Source: Candidatus Obscuribacterales bacterium (GTDB lineage Bacteria > Cyanobacteriota > Vampirovibrionia > Obscuribacterales > Obscuribacteraceae). From it: a stretch of 64,000 nt of DNA. This document shows, one piece after another, positions 38,401 through 46,788 of this stretch. Under the pieces are notes generated by a model. That model searched no databases. It was given only the letters and a program-made list of their open reading frames with translations, and was not told where the DNA came from. A program made the translations under genes and the position numbers. The stretch's first letter is position 1; the number at the start of each line of letters is the position of its first letter. The stretch covers positions 3,552,001 to 3,616,000 of the forward strand of contig CBDDIJ010000003.1 of assembly GCA_965228855.1 (NCBI GenBank), given 5' to 3'.

Positions 38401-39734
38401 GAATTGGGAGAGTTAAACTGCACGAGGTCGGCATTGAGCGTACCGCCAATGACACTTATTGGTGTTGCAGCAGACATATAGAGATGACCGCTTCCAGCGT
38501 CTATCCTTCCACCACTATTAACGACGCTAAAAGTTTCAACTGCGTTGGTGGCAACGAGCGACATTGCCGCTCCAATTGATTGCACGACTCCTGAGTTCAC
38601 GACCTTCTGCGTTTCCACTGACATCGAATCGCCAGTAAAAATTACTCCGCTATTGTGAAGTTCGCCGGCACTCATTGTTAAGTTTCCGGCACTGAATATG
38701 GTGCCGGAATTGTCGATCATATTGTTAGCATTCAAAAGTAACTTAGTGCCTTCTCGAGAAAGTTCTCCAAGTTGGACCAGACCGGCAATGAATCCTGCTG
38801 TCGTCATATCTCCGTTCCGGAGCGTCGAGTCCATCGAAATTACGGCACCAGCCATGTTCAAAATGTTGTCCGCGAAGATTCGGCCTTGACGTCCACGGGT
38901 ATCACTGACGCCGAGAATTTCGCCACGATTGACAAGGTCGCCTGAAAGCCTCAGAGCTCCTTTGGACACATCACCGATTGCGACAACGCTCTCTGGAATC
39001 ACAAGGTCGCTTATCCCGCGAAACGCTTGCGGCTGTTTGAGTAAATCAAGGGAGAATTCGCCACTGGCTGCGATACCAGCATCAGACAGGTTCAAGCTCT
39101 GCGAGCCGGTTTTCATCGATTGCGCAATCGCCACATACTCTGCGGCTGTGACAACTTGACCCGCAGCAAAAGTCTTCGAGGCACCACCAACATCAATAGT
39201 CACCCATTCCTGATCGCGAAACAGCTTTGAGGGCAGCGCGATGTTTCGCTCGGAAGACGTGAGGTCGAGGTCGAGCTGCGCTCTGCCAGATATGACAGCG
39301 GAGCTATCCATAATTCGATTTGCCGCGCGATGCTGGGTTCGGTCAGACAAATTCAAACGGTTCAAGGTGATGCGAGGGATGCCAATTGCAATAGGATTTT
39401 GACGAGCATGAGCAGCTGACACGAGACTGTTTACTGGCGCGAGAGCTCGAGGAGTAGATAGCTGGAGTTGGTGGCTCAATGCTTTCTCAAGCACGCGCAC
39501 TTCGTTACGTGCGGAACGTTCCGCACGTACGCTTTCGTCAACGTCGCGACGTGCCGACGCTGGTGCCGCCGAAAAAACCGGCAGCAGAAGAGACAACGCT
39601 GTTAGCTTTCCCAAATTCACATCTACGCGCACAACTGCTCCTGAACCAACTCGCCGAGTTGCTCGGCGCAGATTGGCGACTAAAATCGTAACTCCACCTA
39701 CCCGCCGGCTTGCAACCGCTGAACGCCTGAACAA
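32469..39734 (-). CDS. Giant filamentous-haemagglutinin-like beta-helix exoprotein (2421 aa)
   Basis: Signal-like LTALSLLLPVFSAAPASA; G/S/T/N/V-rich repeats (GNGG.V.L.AG, NSG.I); true start uncertain. Confidence 0.85.
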   Translation of the reverse strand: MFRRSAVASRRVGGVTILVANLRRATRRVGSGAVVRVDVNLGKLTALSLLLPVFSAAPASARRDVDESVRAERSARNEVRVLEKALSHQLQLSTPRALAPVNSLVSAAHARQNPIAIGIPRITLNRLNLSDRTQHRAANRIMDSSAVISGRAQLDLDLTSSERNIALPSKLFRDQEWVTIDVGGASKTFAAGQVVTAAEYVAIAQSMKTGSQSLNLSDAGIAASGEFSLDLLKQPQAFRGISDLVIPESVVAIGDVSKGALRLSGDLVNRGEILGVSDTRGRQGRIFADNILNMAGAVISMDSTLRNGDMTTAGFIAGLVQLGELSREGTKLLLNANNMIDNSGTIFSAGNLTMSAGELHNSGVIFTGDSMSVETQKVVNSGVVQSIGAAMSLVATNAVETFSVVNSGGRIDAGSGHLYMSAATPISVIGGTLNADLVQFNSPNSAVNVAVDSINGLVDVIAFTSAVHVATGDLSISSIHVLDDPIFTNSSGDITLPATVTASGAPVTAVAAGSILGASGGTVINTSSDSNNNGGDVILLAGVSNTTNNGITTVSGASGLTGSISGITSINSASGGNGTGGSVTLGAYGGTITVTGSITADGRRGGKVSIYSPGDISLGDVTSIGAHDRVDYITIRTVDPLLAGVLKFDSTGKLTQGSVVGGTTYGGGSIVTGNLESGARGGNGFNSGNILMQAGGSVTTGYLRAMGGGAPVKGWALQGYDYGSDGGHGGNISVVSLNGGLTVNGDINTSGGGGGGANHTAGGTGGDGGNILLTAIADVVINGPVLAPGGGGGGGVGISSTDTAGGGGSLGNGGGPNSGGLFYAPPPYDGPGMLDNGLNPHNPNHPRFPYAGMGGTNTAYDIGCCGSGYGGDVGNYGENGDEGTFAPRGYWNDTTPKKGGAPGIGGNITITGRDIDVTKTIQTAFSTNEDINKSPYADFSIFTHSQRGGGQINLTTSGGNVASTVYAGASDLESNSPVIAAQIRNGSVTLAGRMRGDQVKLNDQSLATTSAAGEIVGAGDGSITITVGGAQKTVTNGDLVTASEWIALIQKGTTGAQSLQLASGGAANSGSFGIAAENIPASGFSQLVVPANVTANLSAPSLIAANSVVNGVVNVVGNSTIQSNSLSVAGSIVAAEALTINSPQLNLASNSQIIAELLSIGGSSFLNINLTAGAVPGVVNLSGASITLGGNNQAISFANSSGNTSQLNFNAGQTTIVGSTFTNSADSTLQFNDGPAKVSLSGTYFTNNGTVKAYNSVGDGGSLSIDASASAFTFAGGNLSVTAEGGEGNGGHLSILAPSAALTINGGTLDASGSGGFSFEGGSVEIAARGLNIIGSPLVLKADGTNGGYGGLVSVSTTGSDSDLIVDGGANHLQVSAHGGLGSGAGGTVRLSAGRNLLANSASVDVSVKGAWGSGGTLDLEAGTAGDGSVLYVGDISADGKLIGNGGTVRIASNSSTPLVIGSATVNGVAGTVTAQGTDGGSVTFENAGTGGIKIDDHNFVSVHASNGHGGKLQFVTPNGNLDLAAGVYSVDGGLENGSGGEILVDASTLTVTGAGGASLQANGGAEAAGGLVDLLVRDQSLSLSAGSLSVFATGGSSASSGGDGGTVRVHAGGDLSIASGAVDAGVKGNAGNGGAYELWAGTSPSMSGKLLVDGNLDVSGKGNGAGGSVAIEIDSPEVFTVGGVGIVNGITGSIIANGGVLGSAGTVSIANPGTDALSILVNSAIDTGGGSASFASNGDLSVVVPGSFNGQFTGLGDSVTFDNQHGDAIIAGIAAQDGEVRVTGDSVAINGTIAGTGFMQVTSRSGVDVNADISVGNASLRALGDSVRVNEHLTATGNVTLEATDSVRFDSGGFIDASGISIFSGDGGIISTTSSSVAAASRVDLLSTAGNIGGSTPLIVDASGSLSMFTSGTGSVNVKDVSTGKVSLLDSYAGGSFTFLASGPLDVNDILTLDGDISVTTLGGNFYVMPGSTISTAGGSVNLSSDDLAGSFKIGANSKIVASSTDVGAGNVFIGYGEQATKLSKPKKRYKNIDITYANGGGVYLSKGGLQTAKPTSLFTADGGKIVFQNASKRKKSAVSIGGGVEISAKAPSVTVASSFASIASTPESRVVAHTTGVKAVTISSENLDSNADVLLNAPDGIFDSNHVSIASPVLPTDSYGGGPVQQADTTNISSIDSLETSDQRINLISTSDFHSDTNGGVSQPFNSASTFLFDRDVTEVPMEIGLWSHDQLVPELANSAAVSTSSLNQLRLNRGAVVFAPAQDTDVKLPGMNLKLARNSVALVVATGEAVSIYDFDDRRKGSVVIETPGERIALSPGQHVTIASGSDDFADLNPLEAIPHRALSVSRTRTGKSMFSSEFSVVAAMQGLKPIAGVLSSKNNRSRHIASNLMKTAAVILQLRPADDFQIHAKPQLAAWQR

Positions 39735-39864
39735 TCAGCCAGTAGCGTAACGCTTAGCAAGTATTCTTGTCTACGCAAGCGGCCTAACTAAAAAGAGAGA
39801 CTATCTTAATGGAAAATTTTTCTCTAAGAACTCTGGAGCTCCACAGTTGGCGTTGGTGAGAAAC

Positions 39865-39952
39865 GACTTCATGCCGACTTCACGTTGGCTTCATGCCAAC
39901 TTCACGTTCGCTTCATGCCGATTTCACGATGTCTTCACCTGTGCTTCACGGT
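39865..39952. repeat. Array of eight 11-bp units with a CTTCA core
   Basis: GACTTCATGCC GACTTCACGTT GGCTTCATGCC AACTTCACGTT CGCTTCATGCC GATTTCACGAT GTCTTCACCTG TGCTTCACGGT. Confidence 0.9.
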
Positions 39953-39993
39953 GCTCTGTGAACATAGAATTCCAGTGGTCCAAGCCCCGGTGA

Positions 39994-41874
39994 TTGAAAA
40001 TGAATTTACTAAACAAATCGGTCGACGGCGAAGAGAACGGTCACCAAACTCGTTCCTGGAACGAGCTAAATCCACCGAGTCCCGGTTCCGGCATCGCGGA
40101 ACAGAGGGTGCTGCGGGAACTGATTGAGAAGAACTCCAGGGCGGCTCGCAAGAAACAAAAACGTCTTTGCGTATCCATGCTGACAGCAGCGCTGTTTGTC
40201 ACGACTGCCACGATCGCTGTCACGTCATTTTCATCTTACCGACCAATCATTACCAAAAATCCGGCTTTAGACACACCTACAACCAGCGACCAGTTTTGCC
40301 AGCGCGCCGATGCTCTCGTCAGTCTTGGACGCTACGATGACGCACTAATGGATTATTCATGCCTGGCGCGATTGAACAGGGATAATCAATCTGCACATGA
40401 AGGTATCGCCCTCTGTTATGTGGAGACCGGCAGAAATACCGAAGCAATCGACAAGCTCAACGACATTCTAAGCAGGTATCCCGACAGCATTTCCGCACAC
40501 ATGCTGCGAGGTGAGTGTTATCGGAACATGCATGAATTCGACAAAGCACGAGCCGATTTCAGCTGGCTGCTGCAGCACGATAAAAACTGCTCGACAGCCT
40601 ACTGCTCTATGACCGATTTGCTTATCATGGAGGGTAAACGAGAAGAAGCGCTCCTCTACATCGACTCCGCGATCAATCACAAAATCGACAACTTTCAAAC
40701 TAGACAAAGGCGCGCGGAACTTCTTGTCTCTCTCGGTAGATTTGCTGAAGCAGAAAATGACTTCGAAGCAATCAACAAGATGCCGAGCAAACAGGAAAAC
40801 GCGGAGACCCTGGCGTGCCGTTCTAAAGCGTATTTGGCAACAGGTAAGTTCGAAAAAGCATTAACGACACTGGACAAACTTATCACGCTACGACCCATGC
40901 ATGTGACACCATATATGGAGCGGGCTAAGGCACAGTTCGGCTTGAAAAATTATTCAAAAGCAGTGAAGGACTGCGACCAGGTTTTACTCTTGTCCAAAGA
41001 AAACCCAGATGCGTTGTTGCTTCGTGCTGACTGTTTCGCTCAACTGGGCGATAAGATAGCGGCCATCAACGATTATGAACGCTCCGTCGCAAAAAATCCT
41101 AAATTCACTCGCGGATTTTTGAAATTAGCATCGTATCAAATGGAGCAATCGAATTTCGCGAGCGCGCTTTCATGCTATCGAAGCGCATTAAGTTTAAACT
41201 CCAATTGCGCAGAAGCTTTATCCGGCTGCCAAAAGGCAAAGCAGGCACTGGAATCACTAGCCGGCAACTCACAAGTCGCATTCAACGACAGCAAAACGTG
41301 TATCGCAAGCGATAGAGTGGAACTCAAACAAATTGAAACGCTGAGTTTTACCGAGGCTCTTGCGAAAGGCTATGCTGCTCTTCGAGATGGTCGCTGCGAG
41401 TTCGCCACCCGAACTTTGAAACGCGCAGTACAGCTCCAACCGAATTCAGCTGAGGCGCGCCGTTATCTAGCGTTTGCCCTTATGGAAGCTGGAGATGTTT
41501 TAAACGCAGAGCGGCAGCTGCAAGCGGTACGACAGTTGAACGGCGAGGAACCTTCAGATAATATCCGCCTGGCGACCGCGTTTCAAAAGTCCGGTCGACA
41601 CGACAAAGCAATTGCGATTCTGCAAAACCATGTGCGTCAATACAAAACGGACGTTGACGCAATTGTTCTACTGACGGACTCATTGCTGACAGCCAATGAG
41701 AGACCACGCGCCATGGAGTTGTGCGAGCAAACCATGCGCCTCGTCTCAAATCCACGAGATCAGGAGCGCCTCAGAGAAAAATTCCTGGCGCTGAAAAACT
41801 CCAACCCTGTTGAGTCTGGAACAAACACGCAACACGCAATCGACACATCACCGCTCGAGAGCAGAGGCTCTTGA
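39994..41874 (+). CDS. Membrane-anchored multi-TPR protein
   Basis: Basic stretch plus TM (LCVSMLTAALFVTTATIAV), then more than 10 TPRs. Confidence 0.85.
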   Translation: MKMNLLNKSVDGEENGHQTRSWNELNPPSPGSGIAEQRVLRELIEKNSRAARKKQKRLCVSMLTAALFVTTATIAVTSFSSYRPIITKNPALDTPTTSDQFCQRADALVSLGRYDDALMDYSCLARLNRDNQSAHEGIALCYVETGRNTEAIDKLNDILSRYPDSISAHMLRGECYRNMHEFDKARADFSWLLQHDKNCSTAYCSMTDLLIMEGKREEALLYIDSAINHKIDNFQTRQRRAELLVSLGRFAEAENDFEAINKMPSKQENAETLACRSKAYLATGKFEKALTTLDKLITLRPMHVTPYMERAKAQFGLKNYSKAVKDCDQVLLLSKENPDALLLRADCFAQLGDKIAAINDYERSVAKNPKFTRGFLKLASYQMEQSNFASALSCYRSALSLNSNCAEALSGCQKAKQALESLAGNSQVAFNDSKTCIASDRVELKQIETLSFTEALAKGYAALRDGRCEFATRTLKRAVQLQPNSAEARRYLAFALMEAGDVLNAERQLQAVRQLNGEEPSDNIRLATAFQKSGRHDKAIAILQNHVRQYKTDVDAIVLLTDSLLTANERPRAMELCEQTMRLVSNPRDQERLREKFLALKNSNPVESGTNTQHAIDTSPLESRGS

Positions 41875-41973
41875 GAACGCTTGTCAGTACCAATCTTTAC
41901 GACAGGCCTGGCACTATTCATGAAGACCCAATATGCTTATCATTGATTGGTCCTATTATTAGCGGCAGGTCAA

Positions 41974-43404
41974 ATGTCCGAAGGAGCGAATTCCGAACAG
42001 CGCCAGGAAGATGGGCAGCTTCGGAATAAAAAACCAGGCGAGGCCTTGATTGGCAAAACGCTCTTCGATCGGTACGAAGTGCTGGAAGTGCTTGGAGAAA
42101 GCGCAATGGCGCTTGTGCTCAAGGCTCGCGAGGTCGGCAGTAATCGGCTGGTGGCGATTAAAACGGTCACACCACATGATCCGGAAATCGTGAAGCGGTT
42201 TGCGCAAGAAGTTCAGTTGCATGGAAGCTTAAAACATCCGAACATCGTCGAAGCGATTGACTGTCTTGAAGCACAAGGCGGCAGAACGTTTTTCGTCATG
42301 GAATTTATGTATGGGGCGAGTCTCAGGCACATCCTGCAAGATCAAAAACGCATCGACAACGAAGACGATCTCGGTTCGATCATTTTGCAAATCTGTGATG
42401 CGCTCGAGCACGCACATCAATCCGGCGTTCTGCACCGAGATTTGAAGCCGGGCAATATCCACCTCCTAGAAAAAGACAATAAACTGAATGTCAAAGTGCT
42501 GGACTTTGGAATTGCCAAACCGCTCGGTCAACAAACCGGTCTGACGCAGGCCGGCTACGCGGTCGGCTCCCCACTGTACATGAGCCCGGAACAATGTCGA
42601 GGGCAGAAAGTCGACGCGCGCTCCGATGTTTATTCAATGGGCATTCTCGCGTATGAAATGACGACGGGAAACTTGCCATATGCCGGTCACAACATTATGA
42701 CCGTCATGGCTGCTCATTGCGATCCGGAGAGGAAACCAACCGCGCTTTCCGCCGTAGTCCCTGATTTGAAGCGCGTGGACGAACTCAACGCCGCAATCCA
42801 AACATCGATGGAGACAGATCCGGCGAAACGGTTTCAAACAATTGCAGAGTTCCGAAAAGCAGTTCAAAAGTGGCACGAAGGGGTTCAGGCAGATTTATTG
42901 TCAAATCTCGTTGCCGGGCAACAATTAAACTTACCTGCCGAGACAAAGCATGCCGTGGCAGAAAAGGCTTTGAAATCAGCGGGACAAAGCGGTGTCGACA
43001 TTCCTCAAATTCCAAGAGCGGAGTCGGTCATGGACTTCTCACCGAATTCGGTATCAACACCATCTGCGCCACCAGCATCCGCACCGGTCGCAGACGATGT
43101 TAAACGCATGGAGCGCACTCTGCGCCCTGGGCACTCGCCCCCCGACAGTCCATCACAGAATGCCGTGCGAGTCAATGCCGAAGAAGAAGATGAAGATGAT
43201 GATGACGACCGCGGCACTGCGCGCATCGAAAATGTTTCGCTTTCGATGGACGAACAAAAGGGACGCATGCGAAACCGATTTCAATTACCGAGCGCGAACT
43301 CTGCCGATAACGACAATTCCAAGAAGATAATCATCACAATTGGGCTAGTAATGCTATTTCTACTGATAGCATTGTTTGTTATGGCAAAGGCTTTGCTTCA
43401 CTAG
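41974..43404 (+). CDS. Ser/Thr protein kinase (Hanks type) with C-terminal TM anchor
   Basis: VAIK, HRDLKPGN, DFG, GSPLYMSPEQ, DARSDVYS; terminal IIITIGLVMLFLLIALFVM. Confidence 0.95.
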   Translation: MSEGANSEQRQEDGQLRNKKPGEALIGKTLFDRYEVLEVLGESAMALVLKAREVGSNRLVAIKTVTPHDPEIVKRFAQEVQLHGSLKHPNIVEAIDCLEAQGGRTFFVMEFMYGASLRHILQDQKRIDNEDDLGSIILQICDALEHAHQSGVLHRDLKPGNIHLLEKDNKLNVKVLDFGIAKPLGQQTGLTQAGYAVGSPLYMSPEQCRGQKVDARSDVYSMGILAYEMTTGNLPYAGHNIMTVMAAHCDPERKPTALSAVVPDLKRVDELNAAIQTSMETDPAKRFQTIAEFRKAVQKWHEGVQADLLSNLVAGQQLNLPAETKHAVAEKALKSAGQSGVDIPQIPRAESVMDFSPNSVSTPSAPPASAPVADDVKRMERTLRPGHSPPDSPSQNAVRVNAEEEDEDDDDDRGTARIENVSLSMDEQKGRMRNRFQLPSANSADNDNSKKIIITIGLVMLFLLIALFVMAKALLH

Positions 43405-44482
43405 TAGCTGACACCATTGATGGTGCACAGCGCGTCGTTCGCCACGCAAACTTCGAGGAAAGCAAGTTTCCATCTTCTCGAACCTTCGCCATTCTACATC
43501 CCAGAACAGAGCCCAGGACAGGCAGCAGGAGCGCTAGAGAAGGCAGTGCCGTTACGTATACCAGATCCCTGACGGCGGACGGAATCAACCCTGAGCCGAC
43601 GTCAATCGGTGAGTTAATTGCAAACCAGATCGCTATCGGAATATGCATCAAACCACAGACGGCAAGCGGCGATGCTGCCGTCAATGCAAGCAGTGCCGCG
43701 GTTTTGGGACGGGTGGCGCCGGTAGCAAACGCGACTAAAACACCGATGAGTACAGGCGCAGCCACCGACAAAATCATGGCGCTGGTCAAATCATTCAAGA
43801 AGAGACCGGTGCAAAGGAGAGCGGACGGAACGAGTCCTCCAGCCAGCGAATAGAAGACTTTCCGCGGTTGAGTAATCGAAGCCAGATTCTTAGCAATCGA
43901 TCCGCCAAAAAAGTGAGCGAGTGCTGAGCCGAAAATGCCGGTCGTGAGCATGAGTGAATCGTACTGGACCATGTCGAAGCCTCCCGATGAGACCCCGGAG
44001 ACTCCCAGAGAAATCAACGAGAAAAAAGCTGTAAGTGCCGAAAAGTTTGCAACTGTGCACAGCCGACCGAGGCTATTCACTCTAGAAAGGAACCCCATCG
44101 AAAAGCTGAAGAAGAACGGCACGTAAACCATTACGGCATTGGGCTGATTGAACCAGAAATAAAAGTCGCTCCACGGCGCGAACTGGTAATCAGCATAGAA
44201 AAATTGTCCGACCAGGTGCTGCGAAAAATAGAGCAAATGCACGCTCTGTCCAGCCAAAACGCCGCCCAGCAGAGCAACCATGCCACTCAAAACAATTGTT
44301 TCGCAGATCCGGCGCAATTCGCAACGTTGAGATACCATCTCATTGGGGAGCCCGTTCTCCGAGACTGGTGAGATTCCCGGAGGAGTCGGTATTTCGGCGC
44401 TACCGACACAAGCTGCGATCCAGCTAGATTCCGGTGCATACGGGTCGGAGACTACCTTCCATGCTGATTTTGTGCTTTCCAT
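43379..44482 (-). CDS. Hypothetical polytopic membrane protein
   Basis: About 8 hydrophobic segments; overlaps the kinase 3' end by 26 bp. Confidence 0.7.
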   Translation of the reverse strand: MESTKSAWKVVSDPYAPESSWIAACVGSAEIPTPPGISPVSENGLPNEMVSQRCELRRICETIVLSGMVALLGGVLAGQSVHLLYFSQHLVGQFFYADYQFAPWSDFYFWFNQPNAVMVYVPFFFSFSMGFLSRVNSLGRLCTVANFSALTAFFSLISLGVSGVSSGGFDMVQYDSLMLTTGIFGSALAHFFGGSIAKNLASITQPRKVFYSLAGGLVPSALLCTGLFLNDLTSAMILSVAAPVLIGVLVAFATGATRPKTAALLALTAASPLAVCGLMHIPIAIWFAINSPIDVGSGLIPSAVRDLVYVTALPSLALLLPVLGSVLGCRMAKVREDGNLLSSKFAWRTTRCAPSMVSATSEAKPLP

Positions 44483-44826
44483 AGACTTTCGGGCTCCCTA
44501 TAAGTCGCTTGAGCCTGCTCAAACAGGGGTGCTTTAAACAGGTTATATAGAACTAGTCTCAACGGCTCCAGGGTATTCCCCAGAATTGGACTAGAAGATC
44601 TATCGAGCCGAAGCCTAACCGGCATCAGTGGCGCAAACTACCGCGGGCGCGACATTTAGCACGCCACCATATTTGATACTACCAGATTAACGTCCACCCT
44701 CCGCATGATTAGCAAAGCTTGAAAAGACTCGAATTCCATACGTGATAAGATCACTTAGTATCTTAAGAGACAACTGTTTCTATCCTGTGATCGTCTCCTG
44801 GCAAGTCGAGTTGAACGCTCAAATGT

Positions 44827-46638
44827 ATGTCTGAAGAAAAAAAGAGCCCCAAAGACCAATGGCTGGAAAGGCTTTCTAACGAACCTGTATCAGAAGAAGC
44901 AATGCAGGATACCTGGACGCGAACAGTGTTCGTTAAAGGAAAATCCGGGCCCGCCGGCACTGACTCTGCAACAGCTGGAGGTCTCGCCCCCTCGTCGACG
45001 GCGCAACCTGGCATGAGCACCGGGCAGGAGTCTTTCGAGACAACCAGCGGTTCAACAACGAACTCCGGCTCGACGACCAATACCGGCAACAAAACGGCAA
45101 ATGAGCTTACAGGTCCGCCACGCGATCCACTGCCGGACGCAAACCCGAATGCCATTGTGGGTCAAACCGTTGCGGACAAATACTTGGTGAAAAGCTTCAT
45201 CGGCAAAGGCGGTATGAGCAGCATCTACCTGGTGCAGCACTTACAGCTCGATGCCACATACGCACTCAAACTGCTCGATAAAAATATGTGGTCAGACGCA
45301 ACCGCAGTGAAGCGTTTTAAACTGGAAGCACAGACGGTAAGCAAACTAACCCATCCAAGCCTTATCACCTACCGAGACTTCGGAGTCACCAACGATGGAC
45401 AACCATACCTGGTGATGGACTACATACAAGGCCGAACACTGGGTCAGAAAATCAAAGAAACGCGCGGAATGTTTTTACCTAATGTTCTCGAAATCTTCGA
45501 ACAACTCTGCGAAGGTCTATCGGTGGCGCACGACCTTGGAATCGTTCACCGTGACGTCAAGCCAGGCAACATCATGTTTATGGCTGAGGACAGCAACAAG
45601 ATAAAACTTGTTGACTTTGGCATTGCGAAAATCGTTGCGGAAGAAAATGGCGAGAGCCAGCAACTGACTAAGACCGGCGACGTATTCGGAAGCCCGCTCT
45701 ACATGAGCCCCGAGCAATGCATGGGCAAACGGCTGGACAATCGCTCCGACATTTATTCGCTCGGTTGCGTAATTTTCGAGGCGATGACCGGACGAACCCC
45801 AATCTCCGGTAATACCATACTTGATACCATGAACAAGCATGTATCACTGATGCCGAGCCTCCCGTCAGAGCTTCGACCGGACCTTCAATCAGCGGAGAAA
45901 TCTTCGTGGATCAATCTGGACGACTTCGAGTACATCGTCATGAAGTGCTTGCAGAAAAATCCCAACGACCGTTACAAAACAGTCGATGATGTTTTGGTTG
46001 ACTTGCGCAAAGTCAAAGCTCAGGAGCAGCTGCAAAAGGACGCGCCCGTTTCTTCGGTTAAAAACCTGAGGAGGACAGGCACTTTCGACCGAACATCTCC
46101 TAAGGAGATGTTCCAGATGGTGGCAACAGCAGCTTACGTAATAGTCGGAATCGGAGTGATCGGCGCTATCATTGCCATTTTTCTTTTAACGAATAAACCG
46201 ACACCAACACCGCCGCAGAAGCCGGCTACGGCAGAGCGCCCGAGCGGTCCAAGCCAGAGCATCGTGCTGGACAACAGCGATCAGATGCAGGACGCAAATG
46301 AACTCGATCAAAAAGCCAATCACTATATGACCAAACAAAATTGGCCAGAGGCTGCGATGATGCTTGAGACGTCAGTGAGCATGTACAAGCGCAAAGGTGG
46401 CTCGGGCTTGATGCTTGCGCCTAAATACGTCAGCCTTGGCGACTGCTATTACAACATGAAAGATTTCCACAAGTCTCTCAAAGCCTTCAAGGATGCAATG
46501 GCAATCTACAACGAGCACCCTCCGGATCTATGCATTCCTCAGCGCAAAGAAAGCTTGCTCGGTCAGGCACGCGCATTGAAGGGGCTTCAACTCGATACGC
46601 AAGCAAAACAATTGGAAGACGAAGCTAACAGCCTCTAA
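44827..46638 (+). CDS. Receptor-type Ser/Thr kinase (kinase - TM - TPR-like domain)
   Basis: IGKGGMS, YALK, HRDVKPGN, DFG, GSPLYMSPEQ; TM YVIVGIGVIGAIIAIFLL; C-terminal TPRs. Confidence 0.95.
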   Translation: MSEEKKSPKDQWLERLSNEPVSEEAMQDTWTRTVFVKGKSGPAGTDSATAGGLAPSSTAQPGMSTGQESFETTSGSTTNSGSTTNTGNKTANELTGPPRDPLPDANPNAIVGQTVADKYLVKSFIGKGGMSSIYLVQHLQLDATYALKLLDKNMWSDATAVKRFKLEAQTVSKLTHPSLITYRDFGVTNDGQPYLVMDYIQGRTLGQKIKETRGMFLPNVLEIFEQLCEGLSVAHDLGIVHRDVKPGNIMFMAEDSNKIKLVDFGIAKIVAEENGESQQLTKTGDVFGSPLYMSPEQCMGKRLDNRSDIYSLGCVIFEAMTGRTPISGNTILDTMNKHVSLMPSLPSELRPDLQSAEKSSWINLDDFEYIVMKCLQKNPNDRYKTVDDVLVDLRKVKAQEQLQKDAPVSSVKNLRRTGTFDRTSPKEMFQMVATAAYVIVGIGVIGAIIAIFLLTNKPTPTPPQKPATAERPSGPSQSIVLDNSDQMQDANELDQKANHYMTKQNWPEAAMMLETSVSMYKRKGGSGLMLAPKYVSLGDCYYNMKDFHKSLKAFKDAMAIYNEHPPDLCIPQRKESLLGQARALKGLQLDTQAKQLEDEANSL

Positions 46639-46788
46639 AGTCTCGACCTCTGAACTTTCTCGCAACATAACGTCGCCCGGGATACCCATGGAGCGGCTAA
46701 TTGCGTATACTCGTTGAGGCAAACTGCACTTCGGTACATCCGAGGTCACGCAGACACACTTTGGCGGACCCAAGAGAGAGAGTTCAAC

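Noticed and set aside
33295..39159. Many Pro-rich + strand ORFs
   Set aside because: Reverse-complement reading of Gly codons in the giant exoprotein
32469..39734. CdiA-type contact-dependent inhibition toxin
   Set aside because: No VENN or pre-toxin motif, no toxin-like C-terminus, no small immunity gene and no CdiB neighbour
39865..39952. CRISPR array or coding repeat (ORF 39885..40127)
   Set aside because: 11-bp contiguous units without spacers; period not a multiple of 3; the ORF overlaps the TPR gene out of frame
46640..46788. M-box (ykoK) riboswitch before mgtE
   Set aside because: Region too short after the putative promoter and conserved M-box sequence not seen
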